Shown: positions 20,928 through 30,944 of the stretch, one piece after another
Position numbering within the stretch: the stretch's first letter is position 1
Layout of the letters: every line of letters begins with the position of its first letter
DNA from: Promethearchaeia archaeon
GTDB lineage: Archaea; Asgardarchaeota; Lokiarchaeia; Sigyniarchaeales; SOKP01
DNA: 64,000 bases
Direction: 5' to 3'
Assembly: GCA_029856145.1 (NCBI GenBank)
Contig: JAHQWK010000001.1
Coordinates: forward strand, 192,001-256,000
Program-made: the position numbers and the translations under genes
Notes under the pieces: generated by a model
What the model saw: only the letters and a program-made list of their open reading frames with translations
What the model was told of the DNA's origin: nothing
The model's database searches: none

Positions 20928-21920
20928 TTGATTGAGAATATGATTTCATTTAAAGAATTAGGGTTTTCAAATACCAAAAGGATGTTTGAAGTTGCCTTAG
21001 AAAGAAAATTTGCAGTTCCCGGATATAATTTTAGCAATTTAGAGCAATTGCAAGCTATTATTATCGGCTGTGGAGAAAGCAATTCACCTGTTATCCTACA
21101 AAATAGCCCTAGTGCCGGAAAATATGCAAATCCAATAATGGTTCGATATCTAGGACAAGGAGCTGTAGAAATGGCAAAAGACTTAGGGTATGATATACCA
21201 ATAGCTTTGCATTTAGACCACGGAAGTTCATTTGAGTTAGCTAAAAATTGCATAAATAATGGGTTTTCAAGTGTTATGTTTGATGGAAGCCATTTAAAAT
21301 ATGATGAAAATGTTAACACTACAAAAAAAATTGTTCATTATGCTCATGAAAAAGATGTATGCGTAGAAGCTGAATTGGGTGTTATTGCGGGTATTGAGGA
21401 TCATGTAAAAGCAACTAAACATTATTATACTGATCCGGAACAAGTTGAAGATTTTGTAAATAAGACAAATTGTGATTCTTTAGCTATTGCTATAGGCACA
21501 TCCCATGGGGCTTATAAATTTAAAGTTGAAAAAGAGGAAGACATTCCTGAATTACGTTTTGATATACTTCAAGAAGTTAGAGAACGGTTAGACAAATTCC
21601 CCATTGTTCTACATGGCTCATCCTCTATCCCTAAGAAATATATAAAGATTATTAATGAATATGGTGGAAAAGTAGCTAAAGCTTTTGGAATTCCTGAGCT
21701 TCAACTTAAGAAAGCGACTCAATATGGAGTTTGTAAGATTAATATCGCCACTGATTTCAGAATTGTTTTTACCGCTATGATACGAAAATATCTATCAGAA
21801 CATCCAAATCATTTTGGACCAAGACAATATTTAGGTTTAGCCCGCCAAGAATCAATAGAAATGATTAAGCAGAGAAATAAAGAAGTACTCGGTTCTGCTA
21901 ATCAAGCTCAATATATTTAA
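20928..21920 (+). CDS. fba: Class II fructose-1,6-bisphosphate aldolase
   Basis: ALHLDHG, SVMFDGS, EAELG, AIGTSHGAYK, VLHGSS, KINIATD; start likely ATG 20940. Confidence 0.96.
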   Translation: MIENMISFKELGFSNTKRMFEVALERKFAVPGYNFSNLEQLQAIIIGCGESNSPVILQNSPSAGKYANPIMVRYLGQGAVEMAKDLGYDIPIALHLDHGSSFELAKNCINNGFSSVMFDGSHLKYDENVNTTKKIVHYAHEKDVCVEAELGVIAGIEDHVKATKHYYTDPEQVEDFVNKTNCDSLAIAIGTSHGAYKFKVEKEEDIPELRFDILQEVRERLDKFPIVLHGSSSIPKKYIKIINEYGGKVAKAFGIPELQLKKATQYGVCKINIATDFRIVFTAMIRKYLSEHPNHFGPRQYLGLARQESIEMIKQRNKEVLGSANQAQYI

Positions 21921-22023
21921 TATGTTTTATGTTTATATTGAACCAACTTCTTGTGGCGTAAGATTATCAAACTTCATATTACCCTAAATAGCCACTTTTG
22001 AAAAAGTATAAATAACCATAATT

Positions 22024-22293
22024 TTATCCTTTTTCAAAAATTATACCAGTACCACCAGTAGGATATCTAAATTTTATTGCTTCTGCCTCACAGACTTGAT
22101 AGCAAGCAGCACATTCTAAACATTTTGATTTGTAATCGTTAATAATATGAATCTTACCATCTTTTTTTCGCCATAGATTCATTACGCATATTATTAAACA
22201 TCTTTCACAATTATTACATTTATTATAATCTATTGATATGAAATCTCCAGTGCCTGGGATTCTTTTGGTTAAACTCTCGATTTCAATCTTCAT
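22024..22293 (-). CDS. FixX-like ferredoxin
   Basis: CNNCERCLIIC and CLECAACYQVC...YPTGGTGI; 4-bp overlap with the upstream oxidoreductase. Confidence 0.85.
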   Translation of the reverse strand: MKIEIESLTKRIPGTGDFISIDYNKCNNCERCLIICVMNLWRKKDGKIHIINDYKSKCLECAACYQVCEAEAIKFRYPTGGTGIIFEKG

Positions 22294-23699
22294 TTTACTT
22301 TATCACTTCTTCTCTTCTTTTTTTCTGGCAACAAATCTAGGAGTTTAGGTAATATTTTCATAATTTTTTTTGGATCCATAATTTTATCTAGGTCTTCTTC
22401 AAAGATTTTGGCTACTAAAGGAAAGACGTATCCCATTATAAAAGGAGTAGCTTTTGGCATATATGATTTAACATGGCTCACAATTTGACGTATTCTCTTA
22501 GCATGGGGCTGAGACCAATCGAATATTCCTCCTAAAATTTCCATTATCATAGGAACAAACCAAGACATCGTTTCTTTAGGACTAAATGGTAAGGCTTTCC
22601 AAATATTCCATAGCTCTCTCCCAGATTCAAATTCCTCTCCCACACTAGTTTTTTGCCATTCATTATCATATTTTTTGAGAGCTACCCGGGATACATCTCC
22701 AGATAGTATAGCCTCTGCTGCCACTTCAGCGGCAATTTTACCTGTTACCATCGCAGGATATATACCTTCCGCTTCAAGAGGGCATGGAAAACCGCCAGCA
22801 TCACCAATTAATATTACCCCATTAGTATGAGTATTATAAGGATAATCTAACCAAGGAAGTAGGTGAGCTTGTAGCTCACGTGGTTTCGCTTCAAGGATCT
22901 TTAGCAATCTTTGGTAATATTTTAGATTAATAACTCGATTTAAATAATACAATGGATTTTTATCCCACCAATTCATCCAATTACCTAATCCTTGATGAAA
23001 ACCATCATTAAAGAAAACTTGATATGAAGCAGGGAAATTTGAACCCCACCAAACAGCTAGAGCTTCATCACCCATAATATTATTGATTTTTTCAGGAACT
23101 GCTTGAAAGTCATATTGTGATGTTATTGTAACCTGATGTTGAGCCCATCTATTTCTCAATCCAGATTTTTGTGCTACAGTTGATATAACCCCATCTGCCC
23201 CTATAACAATTGGTGCATTATATTTTTCACCTTTTTCATCAATAACACCACAGACATTGCCATCCTCTTTCAATAAATCAACAATTAAAGTCGAATTTTT
23301 CAATTCAGCTCCAGCATTAGTAGCAAACTCAGCAATCCATGGATCAAACTCACTACGATATACATTCATAGTGATCCAAGATTTAGCTGGTTCATATGTA
23401 ACTGATTCTGTTGGCCGTGCCATTATATAGCCTGCTACTATATCATTATCATTTACAAAATAATTACGCGCAGCTACTCCTGCTCTCATAGAAGGACATT
23501 TTTCAGGAGTTAAATTTTTCATCAATTCAGGGAAATCTCTGAACATTCGAGGTCCTAATCCACAACCTGAAGAATTTTTTTCACCTGGTTTACGACCACG
23601 CTCAAAAAAAATAGTTTTTAACCCGTTTTCAGCAGCAGTTTTTGCTGCAATAGAACCTCCTGGTCCAGCACCGACTATTATTAGATCATAATTTTTCAT
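22290..23699 (-). CDS. FixC/GGR-superfamily FAD oxidoreductase
   Basis: GAGPGG, ERGRKPGEKN (FixC-like), RSEFDPW, GADG, GDAGG...EGI. Confidence 0.85.
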   Translation of the reverse strand: MKNYDLIIVGAGPGGSIAAKTAAENGLKTIFFERGRKPGEKNSSGCGLGPRMFRDFPELMKNLTPEKCPSMRAGVAARNYFVNDNDIVAGYIMARPTESVTYEPAKSWITMNVYRSEFDPWIAEFATNAGAELKNSTLIVDLLKEDGNVCGVIDEKGEKYNAPIVIGADGVISTVAQKSGLRNRWAQHQVTITSQYDFQAVPEKINNIMGDEALAVWWGSNFPASYQVFFNDGFHQGLGNWMNWWDKNPLYYLNRVINLKYYQRLLKILEAKPRELQAHLLPWLDYPYNTHTNGVILIGDAGGFPCPLEAEGIYPAMVTGKIAAEVAAEAILSGDVSRVALKKYDNEWQKTSVGEEFESGRELWNIWKALPFSPKETMSWFVPMIMEILGGIFDWSQPHAKRIRQIVSHVKSYMPKATPFIMGYVFPLVAKIFEEDLDKIMDPKKIMKILPKLLDLLPEKKKRRSDKVK

Positions 23700-23799
23700 C
23701 TGAATTTCCTTTTCAAGTTTCTTTTAGAAAATATAATTGTTTAATATTACTTATCTATTAATTAAAGTTTTATTTTTTTTAATGAAAATATCTTAATAG

Positions 23800-25308
23800 A
23801 TGGAAATATTTTATGAAGAAAGAAATATCTTTTTTTTCATAATAAGTATGAGTGAAGACCAGATATACAATGAATTAGGAAAAATTTGTGGCTTAAAAAA
23901 TATTTCAAATGATTCTACTTTACTTAAAACATTTTCAGAAGATTTAAGTTTCTTTCCTAAGAACGATCCAAAATATGTGATTTGGCCTGAAAATAGAAAG
24001 CAAATTCAAAAAATTTTAAAATTAGCTAATTCTTTAAAATTTTCTATTATTCCTGTTAGTTCTCCCTCAGGACCTAGACACCATGGAGATACAATTCCAC
24101 GTCATAACAAGGGTGTTATATTAAACCTCTCTAAATTGAATAAAATAATAAATATTGATAGGAAAAACAGAGTAGTTATGATTGAACCAGGTGTTACTTT
24201 TACTGACCTAATTCCGCGTTTACATAAAAAAGGTTTAAAGCTATTAATGCCTTTATCCCCCAGAGCCTCAAAATCTGTTCTCACTGCTGCACTCGAGCGT
24301 GAGCCCATTACAATTCCCCGTTATATGTGGGATAGCTCTGATCCATTATTATGTACTGAGGTCTTTTTCGGAAATGGTGAATTATTTAAGACAGGAACAG
24401 CAGCAGGACCAGGGAGTATTAAACAACAAAAAAAATCAGGACAAGCCCAAGTAAATCCAATGGGTCCTACTCAATTTAGTCCATTTAGGGTTATACAAGG
24501 AGCACAAGGAAGTATCGGAATTGTTACATGGGCCACACTTAAATTAGAATTAGGGTCTTCAATCCAAAAAGTATATCATCTTCAATCAGATGATATAAAA
24601 AAATTACTAGATTTTCAATATGAACTTTTAAAATATCGCTTATGTGATGAATTGTTAATTTTGAATAATCTTAATCTAGCTTGTTTAGTGAAAGAAAAGT
24701 CAGATGATATCTTAAGATTATCCAATAAATTAGAGAAGTGGAATTTAATATTTGTTATTTCAGGAAGGGGAAAGCTAGCAAATGATAAAATTTCATATAT
24801 AGAAGGCGATATTCACGATGTTATGAAAGAGAAAAAGCTAGAGTTAACGGAGAATGGAATAATCAATGAAAATGATATTTTAAAATTCTTAAGTCAAGCC
24901 GATACAAATCCTTGGAGATTGCGATTGAGTGGAGGATATCAAGATATATTTTTCATATCAAATTATGAAAGAATAACAGAATTTATTTTAATGGTTAAGA
25001 AACAAATTCCAAAGAATTTAGGAGTTTACATTCAAGCGATTAACCAAGGCACATCATATCACTGCGAATTTGATGTATATTATAATCCTAATGAAAAAGA
25101 AGAAACTTTAGATGTTAAAGAAAGGTTCTTGAAAACTAGTGTTAGTTTAATGGATTCTGGCGCCTTTTTTAATCGTCCTTATGGCCTTTGGGCTAAAGAA
25201 GTATATAAAAGACATGAAGACTCAACCCAAGTAGCCTTAAAAAAAGTCAAGAAAATTTTTGATCCTCATAATATTTTAAATCCTGGAGTTTTATGTTTTG
25301 ATGATTAA
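23800..25308 (+). CDS. FAD-binding oxidoreductase (VAO/PCMH, GlcD-like)
   Basis: VMIEPGVT, GAQGSIGIVT, KKIFDPHNILNPG; likely start ATG 23848. Confidence 0.88.
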   Translation: MEIFYEERNIFFFIISMSEDQIYNELGKICGLKNISNDSTLLKTFSEDLSFFPKNDPKYVIWPENRKQIQKILKLANSLKFSIIPVSSPSGPRHHGDTIPRHNKGVILNLSKLNKIINIDRKNRVVMIEPGVTFTDLIPRLHKKGLKLLMPLSPRASKSVLTAALEREPITIPRYMWDSSDPLLCTEVFFGNGELFKTGTAAGPGSIKQQKKSGQAQVNPMGPTQFSPFRVIQGAQGSIGIVTWATLKLELGSSIQKVYHLQSDDIKKLLDFQYELLKYRLCDELLILNNLNLACLVKEKSDDILRLSNKLEKWNLIFVISGRGKLANDKISYIEGDIHDVMKEKKLELTENGIINENDILKFLSQADTNPWRLRLSGGYQDIFFISNYERITEFILMVKKQIPKNLGVYIQAINQGTSYHCEFDVYYNPNEKEETLDVKERFLKTSVSLMDSGAFFNRPYGLWAKEVYKRHEDSTQVALKKVKKIFDPHNILNPGVLCFDD

Positions 25309-25389
25309 TAGTACACTAATATTAAAATTTAAAAAAACATAATTTTTTAATCTCTAGAAACGAATTTAGACCTATTTTCGTTTTCATAA

Positions 25390-26346
25390 ATGTTAAATAT
25401 TTCTATTTTTATTATAGGTGAGAATCAATATTTTCAATATCAAGTAAATGAGTTTGTGATGATGAAACCGCTTGTATTTTTAGTTGAAGATGATGAAGTT
25501 CTTGTAAAAAATTTTAAGATATTCTTAGAAATGAATGCTTATGATCTAGTTTCTGCTTCAAATGGAAAAGAAGGACTTGAAGTTCTCTCAAATCTTAAAA
25601 ACCCCCCAGATATTATAATTTCAGATATCCTAATGCCAATATTAGACGGATATGATTTTTATATGAGAGTTTCAGAAAAAACAGAGTGGTCAAGAATTCC
25701 TTTTTTCTTTCTATCTGGTAAAACACAACCTGATGATGTAAGATTTGGTAAAATGCTTGGTGCAGATGATTACATTACAAAACCATTTAGCCCAATGGCA
25801 TTATTAGAAAAAATTTCGAAAAAAATTAAAGAGAGTAGAGAAATTAAAAAAAGCTCTAAAATACTTGAGGAAAAGCTTAAAGACATTTTAAAATTCGAAG
25901 AACCATCTTTAGAAACACTTAGTAAAGCAGATTTTTACTATATTTTTTATATGAGTTGGGAGGAGGGAAAAGGACCTGTAATATTAGACTATTTTCCTAA
26001 AAACCTAATCCCATCGCTTAATCTTGAAGAACTTACAATTCAACTGTATTCTACTCTAATAAAAATATATGAGTTTGAGCAAGTTCTCGAGAAAAACCAA
26101 TTTATTATGAGGATTGTCAAAGATCTAATTGATGCATATGGTTTGATAGATAAAATGGAAGAAAATTCAGTAATAGCTCCCAAAAGTGGAAAGGGAACAT
26201 TTATGATATGTGCAATAACTCCCAATTTTCACTACCTAAACTCTAAAAGAATTAGAGAAATTTTAACAAAATTAGCTTTTAATATAAAAGCAAATAGAGA
26301 ATGGAGTATAAAAGAATATTGGGAAGAGTTATCTCAAATTAAATGA
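25390..26346 (+). CDS. Response regulator receiver fused to a uDENN/longin-like domain
   Basis: VEDD, ISDILMP-LDG, FLSG, YITKPF; C-half YIFYMSWEEGKGPVILDYFP resembles the uDENN/NPR2-type longin start; likely start ATG 25459 or 25462. Confidence 0.8.
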   Translation: MLNISIFIIGENQYFQYQVNEFVMMKPLVFLVEDDEVLVKNFKIFLEMNAYDLVSASNGKEGLEVLSNLKNPPDIIISDILMPILDGYDFYMRVSEKTEWSRIPFFFLSGKTQPDDVRFGKMLGADDYITKPFSPMALLEKISKKIKESREIKKSSKILEEKLKDILKFEEPSLETLSKADFYYIFYMSWEEGKGPVILDYFPKNLIPSLNLEELTIQLYSTLIKIYEFEQVLEKNQFIMRIVKDLIDAYGLIDKMEENSVIAPKSGKGTFMICAITPNFHYLNSKRIREILTKLAFNIKANREWSIKEYWEELSQIK

Positions 26347-26515
26347 ATTATTACTTTTCCTTTTACTAATTCATCTTGGAAATTTGTTTAGAATATAATG
26401 TATAACATTAGATTTCTTAATAGTTATTAATTTATTTGATTAAAAATTACATAATTTCACTGTAAAAATCAATTTAAATTAGTTATATCTTATAAAAAGG
26501 GGAGTTTCTACATTA

Positions 26516-27820
26516 TTGAATGAGCAAGAATATAATCAAATGATAAAACGCTGTCTCCGATGCTCAATCTGTAAATGGATACCACAACTACAAATAAAAA
26601 GTCAAAAATATGCTACAATTTGTCCTTCAATAGACATGTTTAATTTTCATGCATATAGTGCAGGTGGTCGCATAATTATAGCTTTAGCACTAGAGATGGG
26701 GAGATTAAAACCATCACAAGAAATAATGGATATTGTTTACAAATGTACTGAATGTGGTGGATGTGCGGTATCATGTAAATTTTTAAATACTTTAGAACCA
26801 CTTGAAATAATAGTTAAACTCCGAGAAAGATTGGTATCTTTAGGATATGGACCAATGCCAAAACAGCAACAATATATTAAATCTATAAAAAAAAAGAATA
26901 ATCCTTATGAAGAACCTCATGGAAAAAGGCTGGAGTGGTTATCAAATGATATTAAGATTGATCCCAACGCAAAGGCCTTATATTTTGTAGGATGCACTTC
27001 ATCTTATCGGAGAAAAGAAATAGCTATTGCCACTGCTCGTATAATGAATGCTGCGAATTATTCATTTAAAATTCTTAACGATAATGAATTTTGCTGTGGA
27101 AGCCCAATCTTAAGAACTGGGGATAAAGATTCATTCATTGAACAAGTCAACAAAAATATTGATATTATTGAAAAAGAAGGAATAGAAACTATTGTCTTTA
27201 GTTGTGCTGGATGTTATAATACCTTTAAAGTTGAATATCCTTTAGAAAGGGAACATAATTTCAAAATTCTTCATACAACAGAGTTATTTAATGAATTAAT
27301 CGACAGTTCTAAATTGAAATTGAATAATCAAGTCCTTCAAACAGTAACATACCATGATCCTTGTCATTTAGGGCGTAATTCTGAACCATATGAAGAATGG
27401 GATGGTGAGGCATTACAGATGATGCCTCTTGTATCTCTTAATATGCCTGAAAAACCTAAGAGATGTGGAACGTATGGTATTTATGAATCTCCAAGAGATA
27501 TCTTAAAAAAAATACCAGGGATTAATTTTATTGAAATGGAAAGAATAAAAGAATATTCCTACTGTTGTGGTGCTGGAGGAGGTGTAAAATCAGCATTTCC
27601 AAAGTTTGCTCTTCAAACTGCTAAAACTCGGATAGAAGAAGCTGAAGATACTGGAGCAGAAATAATCACATCAGCATGTCCTTTTTGTTCCACTAATTTA
27701 AATGATGGAATCATTGAAAAGGGTTCTAATTTAAGGTTCTATGATATAAGTGAGTTACTTTTAATGGCACTAGACTCACCAAAAAAATCTATCAAAGAAT
27801 CATCGAAGGAGGTAACCTAA
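26516..27820 (+). CDS. HdrD/GlcF-like Fe-S protein with two CCG domains
   Basis: CLRCSIC..CP, CTECGGCAVSC, FVGC, CCG, CAGC, YHDPCHLGR, CCGAGGG, SACPFC. Confidence 0.9.
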   Translation: MNEQEYNQMIKRCLRCSICKWIPQLQIKSQKYATICPSIDMFNFHAYSAGGRIIIALALEMGRLKPSQEIMDIVYKCTECGGCAVSCKFLNTLEPLEIIVKLRERLVSLGYGPMPKQQQYIKSIKKKNNPYEEPHGKRLEWLSNDIKIDPNAKALYFVGCTSSYRRKEIAIATARIMNAANYSFKILNDNEFCCGSPILRTGDKDSFIEQVNKNIDIIEKEGIETIVFSCAGCYNTFKVEYPLEREHNFKILHTTELFNELIDSSKLKLNNQVLQTVTYHDPCHLGRNSEPYEEWDGEALQMMPLVSLNMPEKPKRCGTYGIYESPRDILKKIPGINFIEMERIKEYSYCCGAGGGVKSAFPKFALQTAKTRIEEAEDTGAEIITSACPFCSTNLNDGIIEKGSNLRFYDISELLLMALDSPKKSIKESSKEVT

Positions 27821-29380
27821 GTGGTTCTTGAAAAAGATATTTTCAAAGAATTTGAGGATATTGTTGGCAAAGGAAATATAGATGATAGTGAGGTTATTAC
27901 CAATGTTTATGCATACAATTGGTGTATGGAAATTTTTAATTATATGGAAGGAAAAGAACCAATTCCATTTTCTCCTATTCCTAAAGCAGTTGTTTTACCA
28001 TCAACAACGGAAGAAGTTCAAAAACTTGTAATGTTATGTAATAAGTATGGCATATCATGTAAAATACAATCTACTGGACTTGGACCATGGAACCAACCCT
28101 CTAATGAAAACTGTATTATTTTTGACATGCGTAGGATGAATAAAATTATAAAGATTGATGAAAAAAACTTTTTTGCAGTAATTGAACCCTATGTTTCTGG
28201 AGCACAATTAGAGGTTGAAGTTATGAAATATGGATTATTACCTCACAATCCAGGAGCTGGACCTCAAGTATCACCTTTAGCCAGTGCTACTAGCATGAAT
28301 GGTCCCGGATTTACATCTCCATATACAGGTCATAGCGCTCGGAATGTTTTAGGCGTAGAATGGGTATTACCAGATGGAGAGATTATGAAATTAGGATCTT
28401 ATGGTCTAAAGAACAATCCAGACTGGTTTCACGGTGATGGTCCAGGACCAAGTTTAAGGGGAATCATGCGTGGTTGGGCAGGAACTAAATCAGGACTTGG
28501 AGTTTTTACAAAAGTTGCAGTAAAACTTTTCCCCTATCCATGTAGCACAGATTTTAATGTTAAAGGAAGTTCTCCCAACTACGATTTTGACATACCTGAT
28601 TTTATGAAATTATATGTTATGGATTGTGGAAATTTCAAGAAACTCGAAAATGTTATGTTGGGAGTAGAAGAGGAGGAAATATCATTTATGTGCAGTTATT
28701 TATCCGGTTTTGCAGTCATGGCTATTTTTTCCAATTCAATTGAAAGCTTAATGAATAAAATAGCAATAGGACAGATGAAAGCTCCGATAGTTATAATAAT
28801 AACTGCTCGTACAAAGCGAGAATTTGCATATAAGCAAAAAGTAATGGATTTGATACTTAAGAATTTTAAAATAAAAAACATTATCGGAAAAATATATACT
28901 CCTAATCCTATATTTTATGCTGAAGCTCTCCGCTCGAATTTAGGGCTACATGGTTTTATAGCTACTGGAGGCTTTCAGTCTTCCAAAGGAGTCGCAGATA
29001 CTGCAGCAGTTTGTTTTCGGAGTACTAAATCAAACATTCCTTTAAAGAAGGAATTTATTAAAAAGAAAGCAATTGTTAATGATTTTGGAGAAGGTACATG
29101 GATGACATCTTATGAATCAGGGCATTATTTTCATATGGAATCCCCTACTATGTTTGATCAAACTGAAGAAAGTAGTGTGAAAGGAATGGCTGAGTACATG
29201 GAAAAAAGTAATCAATTAGATCTACTTAAACATCTTGGTGCTCCATTCTTCGTAGAAGGTACGCGTATGCATGAGTTGTTTGGACCTTATATGTCCAACT
29301 ATCATTTATGGCTAAGAAAAATTAAAGAAACTTTTGACCCAAATAATATATCTGATTCTGGATTTTACATTTCACCATAA
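27821..29380 (+). CDS. FAD-binding oxidoreductase (VAO/PCMH family)
   Basis: AVVLPSTTEEVQ, VIEPYV, RNVLGVEWVLPDG, GPGPSLRG, KETFDPNN; GGAGGT SD inside the upstream gene. Confidence 0.9.
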   Translation: MVLEKDIFKEFEDIVGKGNIDDSEVITNVYAYNWCMEIFNYMEGKEPIPFSPIPKAVVLPSTTEEVQKLVMLCNKYGISCKIQSTGLGPWNQPSNENCIIFDMRRMNKIIKIDEKNFFAVIEPYVSGAQLEVEVMKYGLLPHNPGAGPQVSPLASATSMNGPGFTSPYTGHSARNVLGVEWVLPDGEIMKLGSYGLKNNPDWFHGDGPGPSLRGIMRGWAGTKSGLGVFTKVAVKLFPYPCSTDFNVKGSSPNYDFDIPDFMKLYVMDCGNFKKLENVMLGVEEEEISFMCSYLSGFAVMAIFSNSIESLMNKIAIGQMKAPIVIIITARTKREFAYKQKVMDLILKNFKIKNIIGKIYTPNPIFYAEALRSNLGLHGFIATGGFQSSKGVADTAAVCFRSTKSNIPLKKEFIKKKAIVNDFGEGTWMTSYESGHYFHMESPTMFDQTEESSVKGMAEYMEKSNQLDLLKHLGAPFFVEGTRMHELFGPYMSNYHLWLRKIKETFDPNNISDSGFYISP

Positions 29381-29413
29381 AACAAATAAAAAAATGAGTT
29401 CGGGAGTAATATC

Positions 29414-29830
29414 ATGGCAGAATCAAACCAAGAAAATAAAAAGATAAGAGGTTTTGCAGTTCTAATCAATAGTATCCTAACACCTCTAAATGAAAATAAG
29501 AGGTTTAAAGAAAAATTTAGAAATATTAATACTAAAATTCTCTTAAATGCTTCGAACTTAAATCATGCGGCTATAATTGTAGTCGATAATGGATTAGTGA
29601 GAGTTGAGAGTATACCAAATAAACCAAAAGAAAATTTGAAAAAACAAAAGATAGGATGGGATGCTTTTTTAGAGATGGATACACAAACTTTCCTTGCTAT
29701 TGCTATGAATCGGCTTTCACTACTTGGAGTTGCGAAAATGTGGTTAACGCGGAGGGTAAAAATGCGCGGAATCAGAAAACTGCTCATTTTATTGAAAATG
29801 TTTAAATTTTTAACAAGTTATAACAGCTAA
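29414..29830 (+). CDS. SCP2 sterol-carrier-like domain protein
   Basis: DAFLEMDTQTFLAIAMNRLSLLGVAKMWLTRRVKMRG matches the SCP2 C-terminal pattern. Confidence 0.7.
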   Translation: MAESNQENKKIRGFAVLINSILTPLNENKRFKEKFRNINTKILLNASNLNHAAIIVVDNGLVRVESIPNKPKENLKKQKIGWDAFLEMDTQTFLAIAMNRLSLLGVAKMWLTRRVKMRGIRKLLILLKMFKFLTSYNS

Positions 29831-29873
29831 ATTTTATTTCTAAAACCCTAATGAATTGAAAAAATGATTTATT

Positions 29874-30920
29874 ATGAGTACAAAAATTAAAGAAGCCTGG
29901 TTAGGGCCGGGTAGAAAGGATGGTAAAATTAAACCAACCCAACCAAAAGATGATGCATTACATATTGATATGAAAAAGAAAGGAACCAGAGAATGGTGGT
30001 ATTTTGATGCTCGTCTTGATAATGGATATACAGTAGTAGGGTTTTTTCGAGCAAAACACGAACGAACGGGGAAAACTGGTGTAGAAATTACGATTTATAA
30101 GCCCAATGGAGAAAAAACACAGAATGTAATAGATTACCTTCATTCTGACCTAATAGCTTCTCAAGATTTACCAGAACTACAAATTGGTAAAAATTATATA
30201 AAAGTTGATTATTCTAACAAAGAATTTCCGATCTACGAAATTTTCTTAGATGAAGGCGAATATGGGCTTCATTTAAAATATACTGCTCAAGTCCATGGTT
30301 GGAAGCCTGGAAAAGGATATATTGAGTTTGGAAAGTCAAATCAATTTGGCTGGGTTATAGCTCTACCTCGAGCAGATGTTGAAGGAACTATTAAGGTTAA
30401 CAACGAGACAATTCAGGTAAAAGGTATTGGATATCATGATCATAATTGGTTAAATTTTAATTTTGCAATGATAATAGACTATTGGTATTGGGGAAGAATA
30501 TACTCTGAGAATTATACTGTTATTTTTGCCTATATTAAATGTAATAAGAGGATGGAAGATTATCCAATCAAAGTTCTAATGCTTGCGAAAAATGAAAATG
30601 TAATTCTCAGTACAGGCGAATACGAATTAATGCAAGAAAGTTTTGAATATAATGATAAAGCTGGAAATAAGTATCCGAAATTTTTAAAATTTAATTTTGG
30701 TAATCGCCATGAAATTATCCTCGAAGTTCAAGAGATTATTGACGCTGAAAATTTACTTTATGAATTAGGACCCATTACACGTTTCTTAGCGAAAAATCTC
30801 TTAAAATTAAAACCAGGCTATTTTCGATTAAATTCTAAATTTCAACTTAATATATCCTTTGAAGGGAAACCTTACATAGAAAAAGGAAGCACACTTCACG
30901 AGATGGTTATTACTAAATAA
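29874..30920 (+). CDS. AttH/CrtC-like lipocalin-fold protein
   Basis: EWWYFDA, GIGYHDHNW, WYWGR, KYP. Confidence 0.8.
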   Translation: MSTKIKEAWLGPGRKDGKIKPTQPKDDALHIDMKKKGTREWWYFDARLDNGYTVVGFFRAKHERTGKTGVEITIYKPNGEKTQNVIDYLHSDLIASQDLPELQIGKNYIKVDYSNKEFPIYEIFLDEGEYGLHLKYTAQVHGWKPGKGYIEFGKSNQFGWVIALPRADVEGTIKVNNETIQVKGIGYHDHNWLNFNFAMIIDYWYWGRIYSENYTVIFAYIKCNKRMEDYPIKVLMLAKNENVILSTGEYELMQESFEYNDKAGNKYPKFLKFNFGNRHEIILEVQEIIDAENLLYELGPITRFLAKNLLKLKPGYFRLNSKFQLNISFEGKPYIEKGSTLHEMVITK

Positions 30921-30944
30921 AAATATTGTAAAGCATAAGAAACT

